DNA of 64,000 bases from an uncultured Methylobacillus sp. (GTDB lineage: Bacteria > Pseudomonadota > Gammaproteobacteria > Burkholderiales > Methylophilaceae). The DNA is taken from positions 8,727-72,726 of the forward strand of contig CAYVOQ010000002.1 in assembly GCA_964453595.1 (NCBI GenBank). Reading direction: 5' to 3'. Under the pieces are notes generated by a model. That model did not search any database. It saw nothing but the letters and a program-made list of their open reading frames with translations, and was not told where the DNA came from. The first letter of the stretch is position 1; each line of letters opens with the position of its first letter. Below are positions 1 to 11,139 of this stretch, in pieces. Made by a program: the position numbers and the translations under genes.

Positions 1-690
1 TTTCATAATAATGTAAAGATCAAATTAAACTTCATTGATTCTGAGGAAATTGAAAAAAATCAGGTAGCCTTATCAAATCAAAATGCAATCCTCGTGCCAG
101 GTGGTTTTGGTAAAAGAGGGACTGAAGGTAAGATAAAAGCTATTCAATATGCGCGTGAAAATAAAATTCCTTATCTTGGTATTTGCCTAGGTATGCAACT
201 TGCAGTACTTGAATTTGCAAGAAATGTTGCTGGTATCAAAAATGCAAATAGCACAGAATTTGACGATGCTTGCCAAGATCCGGTAATTGCCTTGATTACC
301 GAATGGGAAGCAGGTGATGGGCATGTTGAAAAAAGATCTGCAGATTCAAATTTAGGAGGTACCATGAGGTTAGGCCTGCAAAAAGCAAAAGTTGAGAACA
401 ATACGCTTGCATATGAAATCTATGGACCTGAGGTTAATGAGCGACACCGTCACCGATATGAAGTGAATAATAATTACGTTGATCAGTTATCATCTGCAGG
501 GCTCTTAATTTCTTCCAGAACAAATGCGGAAAACTTATGTGAAATTGTTGAGCTTCCAAAAGATAAACATCCATGGTTTTTTGCTTGTCAGTTTCATCCA
601 GAATTTACTTCAAATCCAAAAACAGCGCATCCGTTATTTTTGTCATACATTAAAGCAGCGATAAATTTAAAAGAAGGATTACGGCATTGA
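1..690 (+). CDS. pyrG: CTP synthase, C-terminal glutamine amidotransferase domain (5' end lies upstream of the window)
   Basis: Frame 1 is open from base 1 ([18 protein letters not shown]...ILVPGGFG), so the GTG at 94 is internal. Class-I GATase motifs GICLGMQ and CQFHPEF are present, plus HRHRYEVN. Sits in pyrG-kdsA-eno-ftsB synteny. Confidence 0.95.
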   Translation, partial: FHNNVKIKLNFIDSEEIEKNQVALSNQNAILVPGGFGKRGTEGKIKAIQYARENKIPYLGICLGMQLAVLEFARNVAGIKNANSTEFDDACQDPVIALITEWEAGDGHVEKRSADSNLGGTMRLGLQKAKVENNTLAYEIYGPEVNERHRHRYEVNNNYVDQLSSAGLLISSRTNAENLCEIVELPKDKHPWFFACQFHPEFTSNPKTAHPLFLSYIKAAINLKEGLRH

Positions 691-1514
691 AATTATTAAA
701 TTTTGACATTGGCTTAGATAAACCATTTTTTCTTATTGCGGGACCTTGTGTTATCGAAAGTGAAGCGCTTACGCTTTCAATTGCCGAACAAATGAAAGAA
801 ATTACAGAAAGACTAAACATCCCTTATATTTTTAAAGCTTCTTTCGACAAAGCAAATAGAAGTTCAAACAACACCTTTAGAGGTCATGGCGTTGAAGAAG
901 GGTTGAGAATTCTGGAAAAAGTAAAAAAAGAATTCGAGTTGCCTGTATTAACTGATGTGCATACAGAAGAGCAGGCACCAATAGTTGCTGAGATTGCCGA
1001 TGTTTTACAAACCCCAGCTTTTTTATGCAGACAAACAGATTTTATTCGAGCTGTAGCAGCAACAAAAAAACCAGTCAATATTAAAAAAGGACAGTTTTTA
1101 GCACCACAAGATATGAATCAGGTTGTAAAAAAAGCAAAAGAGGCGAATGGGGGCCTTGATAACATAATGGTATGTGAGCGAGGAGTTTCGTTTGGATACA
1201 ATACCTTAGTTTCTGATATGCGCTCGCTTGCTATAATGAGAGAAACAAATTGCCCAGTTGTTTTTGATGCAACACATTCTGTTCAGCAGCCAGGAGGGCA
1301 AGGGGATCGAAGTGGTGGACAAAGCGAGTTTGTTCCATTGTTGGCTCGAGCAGCAATGGCAGTTGGAATATCAGGTATATTTATGGAAACCCACCCCAAT
1401 CCAGCAGAGGCATTATCAGATGGTCCTAATGCGATCCCTTTAGGAAATATAGAAAGTTTATTAAAAACTTTAGTTAATATTGATAACCTCGTCAAAAATC
1501 AAAAAGAAATTTAA
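687..1514 (+). CDS. kdsA: 2-dehydro-3-deoxyphosphooctonate aldolase (KDO-8-phosphate synthase)
   Basis: 275 aa with motifs [21 protein letters not shown] and FDATHSVQ. The TTG start overlaps the pyrG stop by 4 nt; AAGGA lies about 10 nt upstream. Confidence 0.93.
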   Translation: MKLLNFDIGLDKPFFLIAGPCVIESEALTLSIAEQMKEITERLNIPYIFKASFDKANRSSNNTFRGHGVEEGLRILEKVKKEFELPVLTDVHTEEQAPIVAEIADVLQTPAFLCRQTDFIRAVAATKKPVNIKKGQFLAPQDMNQVVKKAKEANGGLDNIMVCERGVSFGYNTLVSDMRSLAIMRETNCPVVFDATHSVQQPGGQGDRSGGQSEFVPLLARAAMAVGISGIFMETHPNPAEALSDGPNAIPLGNIESLLKTLVNIDNLVKNQKEI

Positions 1515-1522
1515 AAAAATAA

Positions 1523-2824
<1,302 letters not shown>

Positions 2825-3094
2825 ATGAATTTTTTATCAATCGTTTTTACTATTCTAATAGTTTCCTTACAATACCCATTATGGTTTGGTAGAGGTGGTT
2901 GGATTAATGTGTATGAAATGCAAAAAGAAATAGACACTCAACAAAACATTAATAAAATTATGCAGAGCGAAAACGAGACTTTAAGGCTTACGGTAAATGA
3001 TTTAAAAAATGGTACAGATGTTATTGAGGCAAAAGCTCGCTTTGATCATGGCTTAATCAAAAAGAATGAAATTTACTTCCAAGTAATTAATTAA
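2825..3094 (+). CDS. ftsB: cell division protein FtsB
   Basis: 89 aa with an N-terminal TM segment followed by a coiled coil. Contains the LQYPLWFGRGGW motif. Conserved position directly after eno. Confidence 0.8.
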   Translation: MNFLSIVFTILIVSLQYPLWFGRGGWINVYEMQKEIDTQQNINKIMQSENETLRLTVNDLKNGTDVIEAKARFDHGLIKKNEIYFQVIN

Positions 3095-3908
3095 AACTTT
3101 TTAGATTCGTTATTGTATTGTCTTTAACTGATATTTGTTTTTCAATCGCTGTAATATTAGTCTCAAATAACAGCACAGTTTTTTCTTTTTCTAACGCAGC
3201 CTGAATAATGGTCCCAACTTTTTCATTCCCGCAAGTTATTTCTTCCCCAGCTTTAAAAGAGATAGGCAGGTTAATTTCACCATAAAAAGTTCGGTATTTT
3301 GGTTTTCCTAGATATTGCGTTCTGGCAACAATTTCTTGACCTGTATAACATCCTTTTTTGAAGTTAATAGCATTTATTGCGTCTAGATTAATTGTATGTG
3401 CAATAAAATTTTCTGAATTTATGCTGCTGATATATGGGATACCCATTTTTATATCTTCTAAAAACCAATCATTTAAGTTCTTATTTTTATCATTAAGTTG
3501 CGCAGTGTTTTTTTTCTGAATTACTAAAAATCTATTATCTAAAGGCATTTGAAAACAATACAAAGAATCAAAATTATTTATATCTTGGGTGTCGAATGCT
3601 CCAGCTATTTCATATTGCTTGCATATCTCAATGACAACTTTAGATCTCAAAATATACATTGTGAGTTTATTTTTTAATTTTTCAGCTAAGTCGTGTGGAA
3701 TTAACAAAATGTATTCATCGTTCGATATTTTACAGATTATTAAAAAAGCAATAATTCTTCCTTTGGCATTACATATACCAGCATACATTGCTTTATTTTT
3801 TTCAATTAGTTTTATATCGTTAGTAATTTGACCATTGATAAAAGAGGTAGCATCTTCTCCATTAATTTTGAGTAAAGCGTAGCAGCCATCCAAGTCATAA
3901 AAATTCAA
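3087..3908 (-). CDS. ygfZ: folate-binding YgfZ-family protein (Fe-S cluster maintenance / tRNA modification)
   Basis: 273 aa. KGCYTGQEIVAR matches the KGCYxGQE signature of the YgfZ family; N-terminus is GED..FINGQITNDI. The TTG start overlaps the upstream stop (TTGA). Confidence 0.75.
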   Translation of the reverse strand: MNFYDLDGCYALLKINGEDATSFINGQITNDIKLIEKNKAMYAGICNAKGRIIAFLIICKISNDEYILLIPHDLAEKLKNKLTMYILRSKVVIEICKQYEIAGAFDTQDINNFDSLYCFQMPLDNRFLVIQKKNTAQLNDKNKNLNDWFLEDIKMGIPYISSINSENFIAHTINLDAINAINFKKGCYTGQEIVARTQYLGKPKYRTFYGEINLPISFKAGEEITCGNEKVGTIIQAALEKEKTVLLFETNITAIEKQISVKDNTITNLKSFN

Positions 3909-4864
3909 TTGTTTTTATTCCTCCATTGATTTATCTGATTTAAATTTACAAAACGTAATATAAAAAATAATAAGCTTATAAAAATTAAAATAGGTTTTAA
4001 ATGAAATTTACTTTTAGCTTTCCAAGCAGGCTCAAGCTCATTCATTCTTTCAATTATTATATTTGATGATTTTCCTACAATATATTTTGCATTAATTTCT
4101 TGCGTTAATTTTTTTAAATAATCATCATCTAATTTTGATAAATATCGATCATTTGTGCCACCAGCAACTGAATCATCTCTTGCGCCAATATTTGATTCTG
4201 ATATCTGGGCAATACCAGGCTGAAGCGCAAAGCTTTCGTTTGACCAATATCCAATTAACTGATTATTACTATCGTATTTAGGTATTGGAGTGCCTTCTTT
4301 ACTCCCAATGCCAACAAACAACCAGTCTTTTCCATCTTGGAATTGACTTAAATCTCTTGTATTAAAAGCATGAAGCTTGGGTGCTTCCTCCCCATCTGTA
4401 AAGAAAACCACTTGTGCAGACTCAGGAAAACTTCTTATTAGTCTTGCAAGATTTACTACGGACTCTCTAACTCTTGTATTTCCTGACCATGTATTTCTCC
4501 AATCAAGATGCTTTATTGTTGCATTAAGATTATTAAAATTAGCACAAACCTCTATAGGGGAATAAGTAGCTGATACTGAGACTCCGGCAAACATACCTAT
4601 GCTAACCTTGGTTTTGCATGGAAGTTTTTCAATAATTTCATGCATTAATGTTTTGCTGTACTCAAGTCGGGATACAACTTTATTTTCTATTTTCATATCT
4701 TGAGTATTCATGCTTTGGGAGATGTCCAAGATTAGAATGAAGTTATAAATTCCCCTGGTGATGTTTATGGTCGGATTTAATAATCCAGATAATAAAAATA
4801 AAAAACTCATAAGCAGAAAGAGATTATTTTTATTTCGAAAAAGATTAAAAAAATAGTGTTTCAT
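3905..4864 (-). CDS. membrane-anchored von Willebrand factor A (vWA) domain protein, BatB-like
   Basis: 319 aa with N- and C-terminal hydrophobic segments. MIDAS motif DISQS in ILILDISQSM. Lies in an operon with MoxR and DUF58. Confidence 0.7.
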   Translation of the reverse strand: MKHYFFNLFRNKNNLFLLMSFLFLLSGLLNPTINITRGIYNFILILDISQSMNTQDMKIENKVVSRLEYSKTLMHEIIEKLPCKTKVSIGMFAGVSVSATYSPIEVCANFNNLNATIKHLDWRNTWSGNTRVRESVVNLARLIRSFPESAQVVFFTDGEEAPKLHAFNTRDLSQFQDGKDWLFVGIGSKEGTPIPKYDSNNQLIGYWSNESFALQPGIAQISESNIGARDDSVAGGTNDRYLSKLDDDYLKKLTQEINAKYIVGKSSNIIIERMNELEPAWKAKSKFHLKPILIFISLLFFILRFVNLNQINQWRNKNN

Positions 4865-4871
4865 TGCTTAC

Positions 4872-5426
4872 TTAAGGAAGACCTATCGGAATATTTCCCA
4901 TAATAAGTCCTGGAGCATCTGAATCACCTACACCAGGAGTTGGATCTGGTGGAAGCATTGTTAAAATTCGATCTAAATTATGTCGTGCATCCCAATGCTG
5001 ATTGCTTAGTTTAAGTGATGCTTGATAGGATTTTTTGGCTTGTTGAAATAAATATTCTGCTTCGTCTCGGACTGTCATATTAGTCCCATTAATAATTAAC
5101 CCCTTTTTAAAAAAAATATTTCCGATATTGTAATGAATAGCAGCTTTTTGTTCATCATTGGCTTCAGCTATTAAATTATTAAATAAAATCGAAGATTCTT
5201 TATACATTTCTTTTTTGGCTAACCAATAAGCACTTGCAAAACGGGCTTCGAATGTTTGTTTGTAGCTAGATAAATTTTCATCCTGCATAATTTTTTTATT
5301 AAAGTCTTCTGTTTTGTAGTAATTAAAAACATAGAAAATTAAACTAAAAAAACTAAAAAAAAGAATAGTAAAATTTACAATTGCTAGGATTCTTACTGAT
5401 GTTAATTTTTTTACAAAGTTATTCAT
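4872..5426 (-). CDS. membrane-anchored TPR-like protein (BatC-like)
   Basis: 184 aa with an N-terminal TM. TPR-like helices (AIHYNIGNIFFKKG ... YQASLKLSNQHWDARHNLDRI) resemble the TPR part of Bat proteins. Sits between the two vWA genes. Confidence 0.55.
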   Translation of the reverse strand: MNNFVKKLTSVRILAIVNFTILFFSFFSLIFYVFNYYKTEDFNKKIMQDENLSSYKQTFEARFASAYWLAKKEMYKESSILFNNLIAEANDEQKAAIHYNIGNIFFKKGLIINGTNMTVRDEAEYLFQQAKKSYQASLKLSNQHWDARHNLDRILTMLPPDPTPGVGDSDAPGLIMGNIPIGLP

Positions 5427-6406
5427 TTAAGTTCCACCGTTTTAAAGATTAAAAGTAGCAAGATCATCATTACAGCGCTTATTAAAAAATGATCTGAGAA
5501 GTCTTTACCTGGTACTATCTCATTATATAAAATTGGTTTTTTTTCCTTTAGGTTAATATCTCGAATAGCTTTTTCTAATGATTTTGGATCTTCTGCTTCG
5601 TAAGCTTGAAATGGTGATTCGAACGTTTTAAAAAACTCAAATAGCTCAATTTGCGGTGGTATTTGACTATCATCGTAATGTTTAAATTTTTCATCGAATA
5701 TACTAATTCCTCCCGGCTGTCTCAAGACAATCCAATATAATCCGATATCAAATTTTTGAAACCAGTCCCTAATTTTTTGTTGTGTTTTAGCGTCAATGCG
5801 TCCTGCGCCATCTGATAGCAAGATCACAGCCCTAGATCCCGAGTCTTCAACTTGAGCAAAAAGACTTGTTACGCTAGTTAATCCAGCACCAATATTAGTT
5901 TGAAATAGAGCATTTCCAGCTGTTGCATTAACTGCTGCTGTAATTGCATCTTTATTTTGTGTAAGCGGGAGAACAAACATACCTGAATTACTGAAAGTAA
6001 TCACCCCAATCATATCCTGATCACGTGTTGTCACGAACTCAGAAATTAGTCGGCTTGCCGCAGCTGATTTAGATTCGCCAATATCGGAGTTTGCATTTTC
6101 TTCAGAGCCTGAAAATGGGTCATCCATTGATGCACTTCTATCAAGCACTAGACCAATTTGCGAGCCAATACCAATTTTTTCTATTGTAGTTTGTTTTGAA
6201 TGCAAGCCAGCAAAATAAAATATTAAACTGATAATGGTACCGATATTTAGAATTCTAATTAAAACTGATAATAATGCAGATGCTGAATCGATTGGGAGTA
6301 GAACATTCCATGAAAAATAATTTCTCGAAGTTTCTTTAAAAACAAAAGGAACAACGCACAAGGGAATTAGAAGTAACCAAAATATATGAGAGAAGTACAT
6401 AGTCAA
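5423..6406 (-). CDS. membrane-anchored vWA domain protein, BatA-like
   Basis: 327 aa with two N-terminal TM segments and one C-terminal TM. MIDAS motif DRSAS in LVLDRSASMDD. 4-nt overlaps with both neighbours. Confidence 0.7.
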   Translation of the reverse strand: MTMYFSHIFWLLLIPLCVVPFVFKETSRNYFSWNVLLPIDSASALLSVLIRILNIGTIISLIFYFAGLHSKQTTIEKIGIGSQIGLVLDRSASMDDPFSGSEENANSDIGESKSAAASRLISEFVTTRDQDMIGVITFSNSGMFVLPLTQNKDAITAAVNATAGNALFQTNIGAGLTSVTSLFAQVEDSGSRAVILLSDGAGRIDAKTQQKIRDWFQKFDIGLYWIVLRQPGGISIFDEKFKHYDDSQIPPQIELFEFFKTFESPFQAYEAEDPKSLEKAIRDINLKEKKPILYNEIVPGKDFSDHFLISAVMMILLLLIFKTVELK

Positions 6407-7365
6407 ATTCTATTTTTGTTTATTTGTTGTTTGTCGATATTCAAACCTTTTTCACAACAATGACAATGAAAGCTAAATTTTTTTAACCAATCAATTTCTT
6501 GAGCTGTAATTTTTTTCTTTTTAAATAAAATATTGTTTGATAATGAAAAGAAAAAAACAAGTTCATCATGAATAGATTTGAAAGCATTTTTATTTTTATA
6601 TAAATCATTTAAATTACTCAGAAATAATGTTTTTTTGCATATTTGGTTTAGTCCATTATGCAGGTCTCTAATGAAATCATTTTCATTTAGATTTTTTGTC
6701 TTCCTATATTTTTTATAAATAGGTAGGAAGGTTTTTTTGAATCCTGGAAGGAGTGTAAATCTTGTATAAATATATAAGAGCACAAATGAAGAGGTAATGA
6801 TAAAAAATAATGATTGATATATTTTTTTTAGATTCGTTTCGTTTTCTTTTAAAATTGGACCTCGCAAATCGCTCATGTCATTTTCAACTTTCACTTCACC
6901 AAAGATTGCTATTGGAGAGATCGCGAAAGTAAATGATGGAATTCTTATTTTCAAAACTTCTTTTGTGTTCTTCGTATTAATAACTCTAAAGTAATCAGCC
7001 GTGATAGAAGCTGGTTTTGCAACAACATTGTTGGTAAAAATTTGATATTTAAGATTTATTTTATAGTTATTTTTATTTTTTGAGGTTTGTATTTTTTGCA
7101 AAATAATACCTAACACTTGTCCTCTGTATCTTTTTTCATATCCTTCTATTGGAAGTGATTCTTCAATTAGCTTATAAGGTTCTTTGATCTCGAGATTAAT
7201 TTCACGCTCAATAAAATCACCAACGGTATATCCTACTTTTTGTTTAGGATCTTTAAGTTTTAATATATAAAACTTTTCGTCTAAATCTGAATACAGATTT
7301 GGATCTTCATAAGCATGGATGATGCTAGATAAGCATAATATTAATAAAAAAATTATTTTATGCAT
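6403..7365 (-). CDS. hypothetical exported/membrane protein occupying the BatD/DUF4381 slot of the MoxR-vWA operon
   Basis: 320 aa. Signal-peptide-like N-terminus (MHKIIFLLILCLSSIIHA), about 165 aa predicted extracytoplasmic, one TM (LFFIITSSFVLLYIY), then a basic tail ending in a HCHCCEKG cluster. I recognise no family motif; the assignment rests on position only. Confidence 0.4.
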   Translation of the reverse strand: MHKIIFLLILCLSSIIHAYEDPNLYSDLDEKFYILKLKDPKQKVGYTVGDFIEREINLEIKEPYKLIEESLPIEGYEKRYRGQVLGIILQKIQTSKNKNNYKINLKYQIFTNNVVAKPASITADYFRVINTKNTKEVLKIRIPSFTFAISPIAIFGEVKVENDMSDLRGPILKENETNLKKIYQSLFFIITSSFVLLYIYTRFTLLPGFKKTFLPIYKKYRKTKNLNENDFIRDLHNGLNQICKKTLFLSNLNDLYKNKNAFKSIHDELVFFFSLSNNILFKKKKITAQEIDWLKKFSFHCHCCEKGLNIDKQQINKNRI

Positions 7366-8212
7366 GGTAATAAGAGTTGAAGTAGTCAGTCATTTTTTCT
7401 GGCATAAATTGGTCCTCAACAAAAAAAGGTGGTGCATTAAATTTATTAAATGATTTTGTTAGTTCATTTCTTCTATGCGAAAAATTTTCTTTAATTTTCT
7501 TTAATAATTTTTTTCTTAAAAAAATTATATTATCTTCATTTGTTTCAGGATCGGTAAAATTAACAATTCCAAATTTAGGTAAATTTTTATATTCAGAAGA
7601 ATTCCATAATATTATTGGTACTACACGATGTGTAGCAGTATTTTTTAGGAATAACTCAATTTCATCAATCGGCATGTGAAAATCAGAAATGATAAAGATG
7701 AGCGTTTTATCTTTAGGTAAATAGCGGTGAATTTGATTAAGTCCTTGGTTACTTTTGTTTAATGATGAATAATTTTTTAATTTTTCTATCATTTCCATAG
7801 TTTTGTATGGCTTGTATGAAAGGGGCGCAATCCAGTTTTCATTGATGATATCTTCAAAACCAATAAATCCAATGGCATCGCTGTTATCCGATACTGAATT
7901 TTGAATGACTTTTGCAATGTATGCCATTTGTTGATATTTATTATTTTGATTACCGAACGCCATGCTGGATGAAAGGTCTGAGAAAATCATTACAGGAGTA
8001 GCGCTTCTTTGATTAAAAATTTTCACATAAATTTGTTCCGAGGGATCTTGGATAGACATCCTGATGTCAATTCTTCTTGGATCAGGATAATCTAATAAGT
8101 TAGAGTGTCCAGCGAACTCTATACCCATACCTCTTTGGCTCGATTTATGCAGGCCTGGGTGTGTACCACCTGACTTCCAATTAATGTGGTAAGAGAATTT
8201 ATCCAATATCAT
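7358..8212 (-). CDS. DUF58 family protein (vWA-like)
   Basis: 284 aa. N-terminal G..H.S..RGMGIEFAGH...PDPRRID pattern typical of DUF58, and a DxSxS-like DLSSS motif. Directly downstream of MoxR, as in most MoxR operons. Confidence 0.7.
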   Translation of the reverse strand: MILDKFSYHINWKSGGTHPGLHKSSQRGMGIEFAGHSNLLDYPDPRRIDIRMSIQDPSEQIYVKIFNQRSATPVMIFSDLSSSMAFGNQNNKYQQMAYIAKVIQNSVSDNSDAIGFIGFEDIINENWIAPLSYKPYKTMEMIEKLKNYSSLNKSNQGLNQIHRYLPKDKTLIFIISDFHMPIDEIELFLKNTATHRVVPIILWNSSEYKNLPKFGIVNFTDPETNEDNIIFLRKKLLKKIKENFSHRRNELTKSFNKFNAPPFFVEDQFMPEKMTDYFNSYYHA

Positions 8213-9222
8213 AATTGAACTTTATTAATTATTTCCTGCGTTAACTCTCTTGATATTTCAGTTCTGCGTAAATCATACATTGGATTAAATACTAAACGAT
8301 GTGCAATTGTCTCGTGAAATATCTGATGAATATCTTCTGGTAATACATTTGTTCGGTCATTAATCCATGCATTAACTCGAGCACACTTCATCATCATGCT
8401 AATTCCTCGAGGACTTGCTCCTGACACAATAAGTCTTTCAATATCAATGTCAGAAATTGATACGCCATATTTTTTTGGATTACTAGTTGCCTTCCAGATA
8501 TTTAAGGCATAATTTTCTAGGTCCTTAGTCGCCTTAATGGTTGCTTGTATCTCCATGGATAAGTTATTTAGTTCTTTAAACTCAAAAATATTTTCTTTTA
8601 TTTTTTCAATTAATTTATCAGCATCGTGATATTGAGTATCAAAAATCAAGTTTGTCATGAGCTGGTCATTATTTGGAATAGTAATAGGTATTTCCATGGT
8701 GAAACGGTCTCTTGCTGCTGAGGGAATTTCAAATGTTTCTTCTTTTTCAACTTGATTACGATCAGCAAAAACAACTAAGTGTGGAAAGTAAAATTCCTTA
8801 TTAAAGGCTGATAATGATTTTTCAGCCATAATTCTCAACATTAAAGAATGAACTTGAGGTCGGGCACGATTTATTTCATTAAAAAAGAATATACTTAAAT
8901 CTTCTCCTGAGCGAAGCACCGGACCTCGATCTACGTGTGGTTTACCATCTTCGCCAAGATAGGTATGGTAAATTAGATCGTTTGGCATCAAGTCTATAGT
9001 GCCTTCAATCCGTTGGTACCCACCACCAATTCCGCGAGCCATCGCTTTTAATAAAGTGGTTTTACCTACTCCTACATCTCCTTCGAGGAGAACATGTCCT
9101 CTTGTAAAAATAGAGATGAGCATGAGGCGAACTGGGTTGGATTGACCGATAACAATTGAATTAATTTCTTTTTCAAGCTCCAGAGCTTTGGATCGCCAAT
9201 CTGATAGATTCATATTACCCAT
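8209..9222 (-). CDS. MoxR-family AAA+ ATPase (divergent)
   Basis: 337 aa. Walker A GDVGVGKTT, Walker B region FFFNEINRA, arginine-finger region PSAARDRF, sensor-2 GASPRG. Followed by DUF58 and vWA genes. Confidence 0.85.
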   Translation of the reverse strand: MGNMNLSDWRSKALELEKEINSIVIGQSNPVRLMLISIFTRGHVLLEGDVGVGKTTLLKAMARGIGGGYQRIEGTIDLMPNDLIYHTYLGEDGKPHVDRGPVLRSGEDLSIFFFNEINRARPQVHSLMLRIMAEKSLSAFNKEFYFPHLVVFADRNQVEKEETFEIPSAARDRFTMEIPITIPNNDQLMTNLIFDTQYHDADKLIEKIKENIFEFKELNNLSMEIQATIKATKDLENYALNIWKATSNPKKYGVSISDIDIERLIVSGASPRGISMMMKCARVNAWINDRTNVLPEDIHQIFHETIAHRLVFNPMYDLRRTEISRELTQEIINKVQL

Positions 9223-9384
9223 ATGTTTAATAATTCCTGATTTAAAAATTTATTGAATAGAAAGTTTACTTTATAAATGTAGCATAAAGTGTTTATAATT
9301 TAGTTTAGTTAATTCCAAATAATTAAAAATCAGTACTATCAAAAAATTTAAAATTTCCTCAAACATTAAGTTAGGTTTAAAAAT

Positions 9385-9897
9385 ATGCAAAAAAACGAAT
9401 TTTCATACGAAGAATTAATACAGTGCGGACAAGGTAAGATGTTTGGTGCAGGAAATGCTCAGCTTCCATTGCCCCCAATGTTAATGTTCGACCGAATCAC
9501 ACATATAAGTGATGAGGGTGGTGAATTTGGTAAAGGATCAATCATAGCCGAAATGGATATTAAGCCTGATTTATGGTTTTTTAAATGTCACTTTGAAAAT
9601 GATCCTGTCATGCCTGGATGTCTTGGTTTAGATGCAATGTGGCAATTAGTTGGTTTTTTTCTTGGCTGGAAAGGTGGTTTAGGTCGAGGCAGAGCTTTAG
9701 GTTGTGGAGAAGTTAAGTTCACAGGACAAGTCTTGCCTAAAGCAAAAAAGATTACTTATTATATTGATTTTAAGAGAGTAATAATGCGTAAGTTAGTCAT
9801 GGGTATTGCTGACGCTAGAATGGAAGTTGATGGTAAAATTATTTACCAAGCTGAAGACTTAAAAGTTGGATTATTTCAGCAAACAGATAATTTTTAA
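9385..9897 (+). CDS. fabA: 3-hydroxydecanoyl-ACP dehydratase/isomerase
   Basis: 170 aa with [31 protein letters not shown] (active-site His and Asp region of FabA). Adjacent to fabB. Confidence 0.93.
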   Translation: MQKNEFSYEELIQCGQGKMFGAGNAQLPLPPMLMFDRITHISDEGGEFGKGSIIAEMDIKPDLWFFKCHFENDPVMPGCLGLDAMWQLVGFFLGWKGGLGRGRALGCGEVKFTGQVLPKAKKITYYIDFKRVIMRKLVMGIADARMEVDGKIIYQAEDLKVGLFQQTDNF

Positions 9898-9914
9898 AAA
9901 AAAAGGATAGTTAA

Positions 9915-11138
9915 GTGAAAAGAGCTGTAATTACTGGTTTAGGAATTGTGTCTAGCCTTGGAAATAATCAACAAGAGGTTAAAGATAGCTTATTTCAAGG
10001 CAAGTCTGGCATTACATTTCAACCTGACTATGCTCAACATGGCCTTAGATCAAATGTGGCTGGATCAGTTAACATCAATTACGAAGAGATAATAGACCGA
10101 AAGCTCCTTCGCTTTATGGGAAAAGGTCACGCATACGGCTGGATAGCGCTGCAGGAAGCAATTCAGGATGCTAATTTGGATAAAAACTTTGTTTCTAATC
10201 CAAGGACTGGTTTGATTGTTGGGGCAGGGGGAACTTCGACCGAATCAATGCTACAAGGAACAGAAACTCTTAAAGAAAAAGGCATCAGGCGAGTTGGACC
10301 TTATATGGTTACAAAGACAATGTCGAGCGGGGTTGCTGCCTGCTTGGCAACTGGTGCAGAGATAAAAGGCATAAATTATTCTATTAGTTCAGCTTGCTCA
10401 ACAAGTGCCCATTGTATTGGAAATGCATTTGAGCAGATACAAATGGGTAAACAAGATATAGTTTTTGCTGGTGGTGCTGAGGAAGAGCATTGGACAATGA
10501 GTTTTTTGTTTGATGCGATGGGAGCCATGTCAACAAAATATAATGAAACTCCAGAAAAAGCATCACGCACATATGATAAAGATCGCGATGGTTTTGTTAT
10601 TTCTGGCGGTGCAGGAATTTTAGTTGTTGAAGAATTAGAACATGCTTTAAGGCGCAAAGCTAATATTTATGCAGAAATCGTTGGATACGGAGCAACTTCT
10701 GACGGCTATGATATGGTTGCTCCAAGTGGCGAAGGCGCTCAGAGATGCATGCTGCAGGCATTAGGAAGTTTGCAAAAAATTGATTATCTTAATACCCATG
10801 GAACAAGTACGCCTGTTGGCGATGTAACCGAACTCAAAGCTATTCAAAATGTATTTGGTTCGGGTCGCTATGGTCAAACTCCACACATTGCTTCAACAAA
10901 ATCTCTATCAGGACATGCTTTAGGAGCTGCTGGAGTTAATGAAGCCATTTATTCTTTAATTATGATGAAAAATAACTTTATTGCGGCTTCAGCAAATATT
11001 GAAAATATTGATCCTGAGGCAGCGTCTTTTCCTATTGTTACAAAACGATTGGATCAGTCATTTACGACAGCAATGTCGAATAGCTTTGGCTTTGGGGGTA
11101 CGAACGCCAGCTTAATATTTTCTAAAGAAAATATTTAA
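9915..11138 (+). CDS. fabB: 3-oxoacyl-ACP synthase I
   Basis: 407 aa with the Cys-His-His triad context ([27 protein letters not shown]). GTG start with AAGGA upstream. The fabA-fabB pairing favours KAS I over KAS II. Confidence 0.88.
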   Translation: MKRAVITGLGIVSSLGNNQQEVKDSLFQGKSGITFQPDYAQHGLRSNVAGSVNINYEEIIDRKLLRFMGKGHAYGWIALQEAIQDANLDKNFVSNPRTGLIVGAGGTSTESMLQGTETLKEKGIRRVGPYMVTKTMSSGVAACLATGAEIKGINYSISSACSTSAHCIGNAFEQIQMGKQDIVFAGGAEEEHWTMSFLFDAMGAMSTKYNETPEKASRTYDKDRDGFVISGGAGILVVEELEHALRRKANIYAEIVGYGATSDGYDMVAPSGEGAQRCMLQALGSLQKIDYLNTHGTSTPVGDVTELKAIQNVFGSGRYGQTPHIASTKSLSGHALGAAGVNEAIYSLIMMKNNFIAASANIENIDPEAASFPIVTKRLDQSFTTAMSNSFGFGGTNASLIFSKENI

Positions 11139-11139
11139 A

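Noticed and set aside
3905-9222. The MoxR-vWA cluster interpreted as one of the vWA-MoxR conflict/defence systems with effector domains.
   Set aside because: No effector-like domains (nuclease, protease, TIR, pore-forming) are visible. The components are the membrane-anchored BatA/BatB/TPR type, in a core-genome context.
9268-9290. A 7-bp inverted repeat (ACTTTAT-N9-ATAAAGT) next to a TATAAT hexamer in the moxR/fabA divergent region, considered as a possible FabR/DesT-type operator.
   Set aside because: Short AT-only inverted repeats and TATAAT-like hexamers are expected by chance at this base composition. It has no resemblance to the known FabR site, and there is no well-spaced -35 element.
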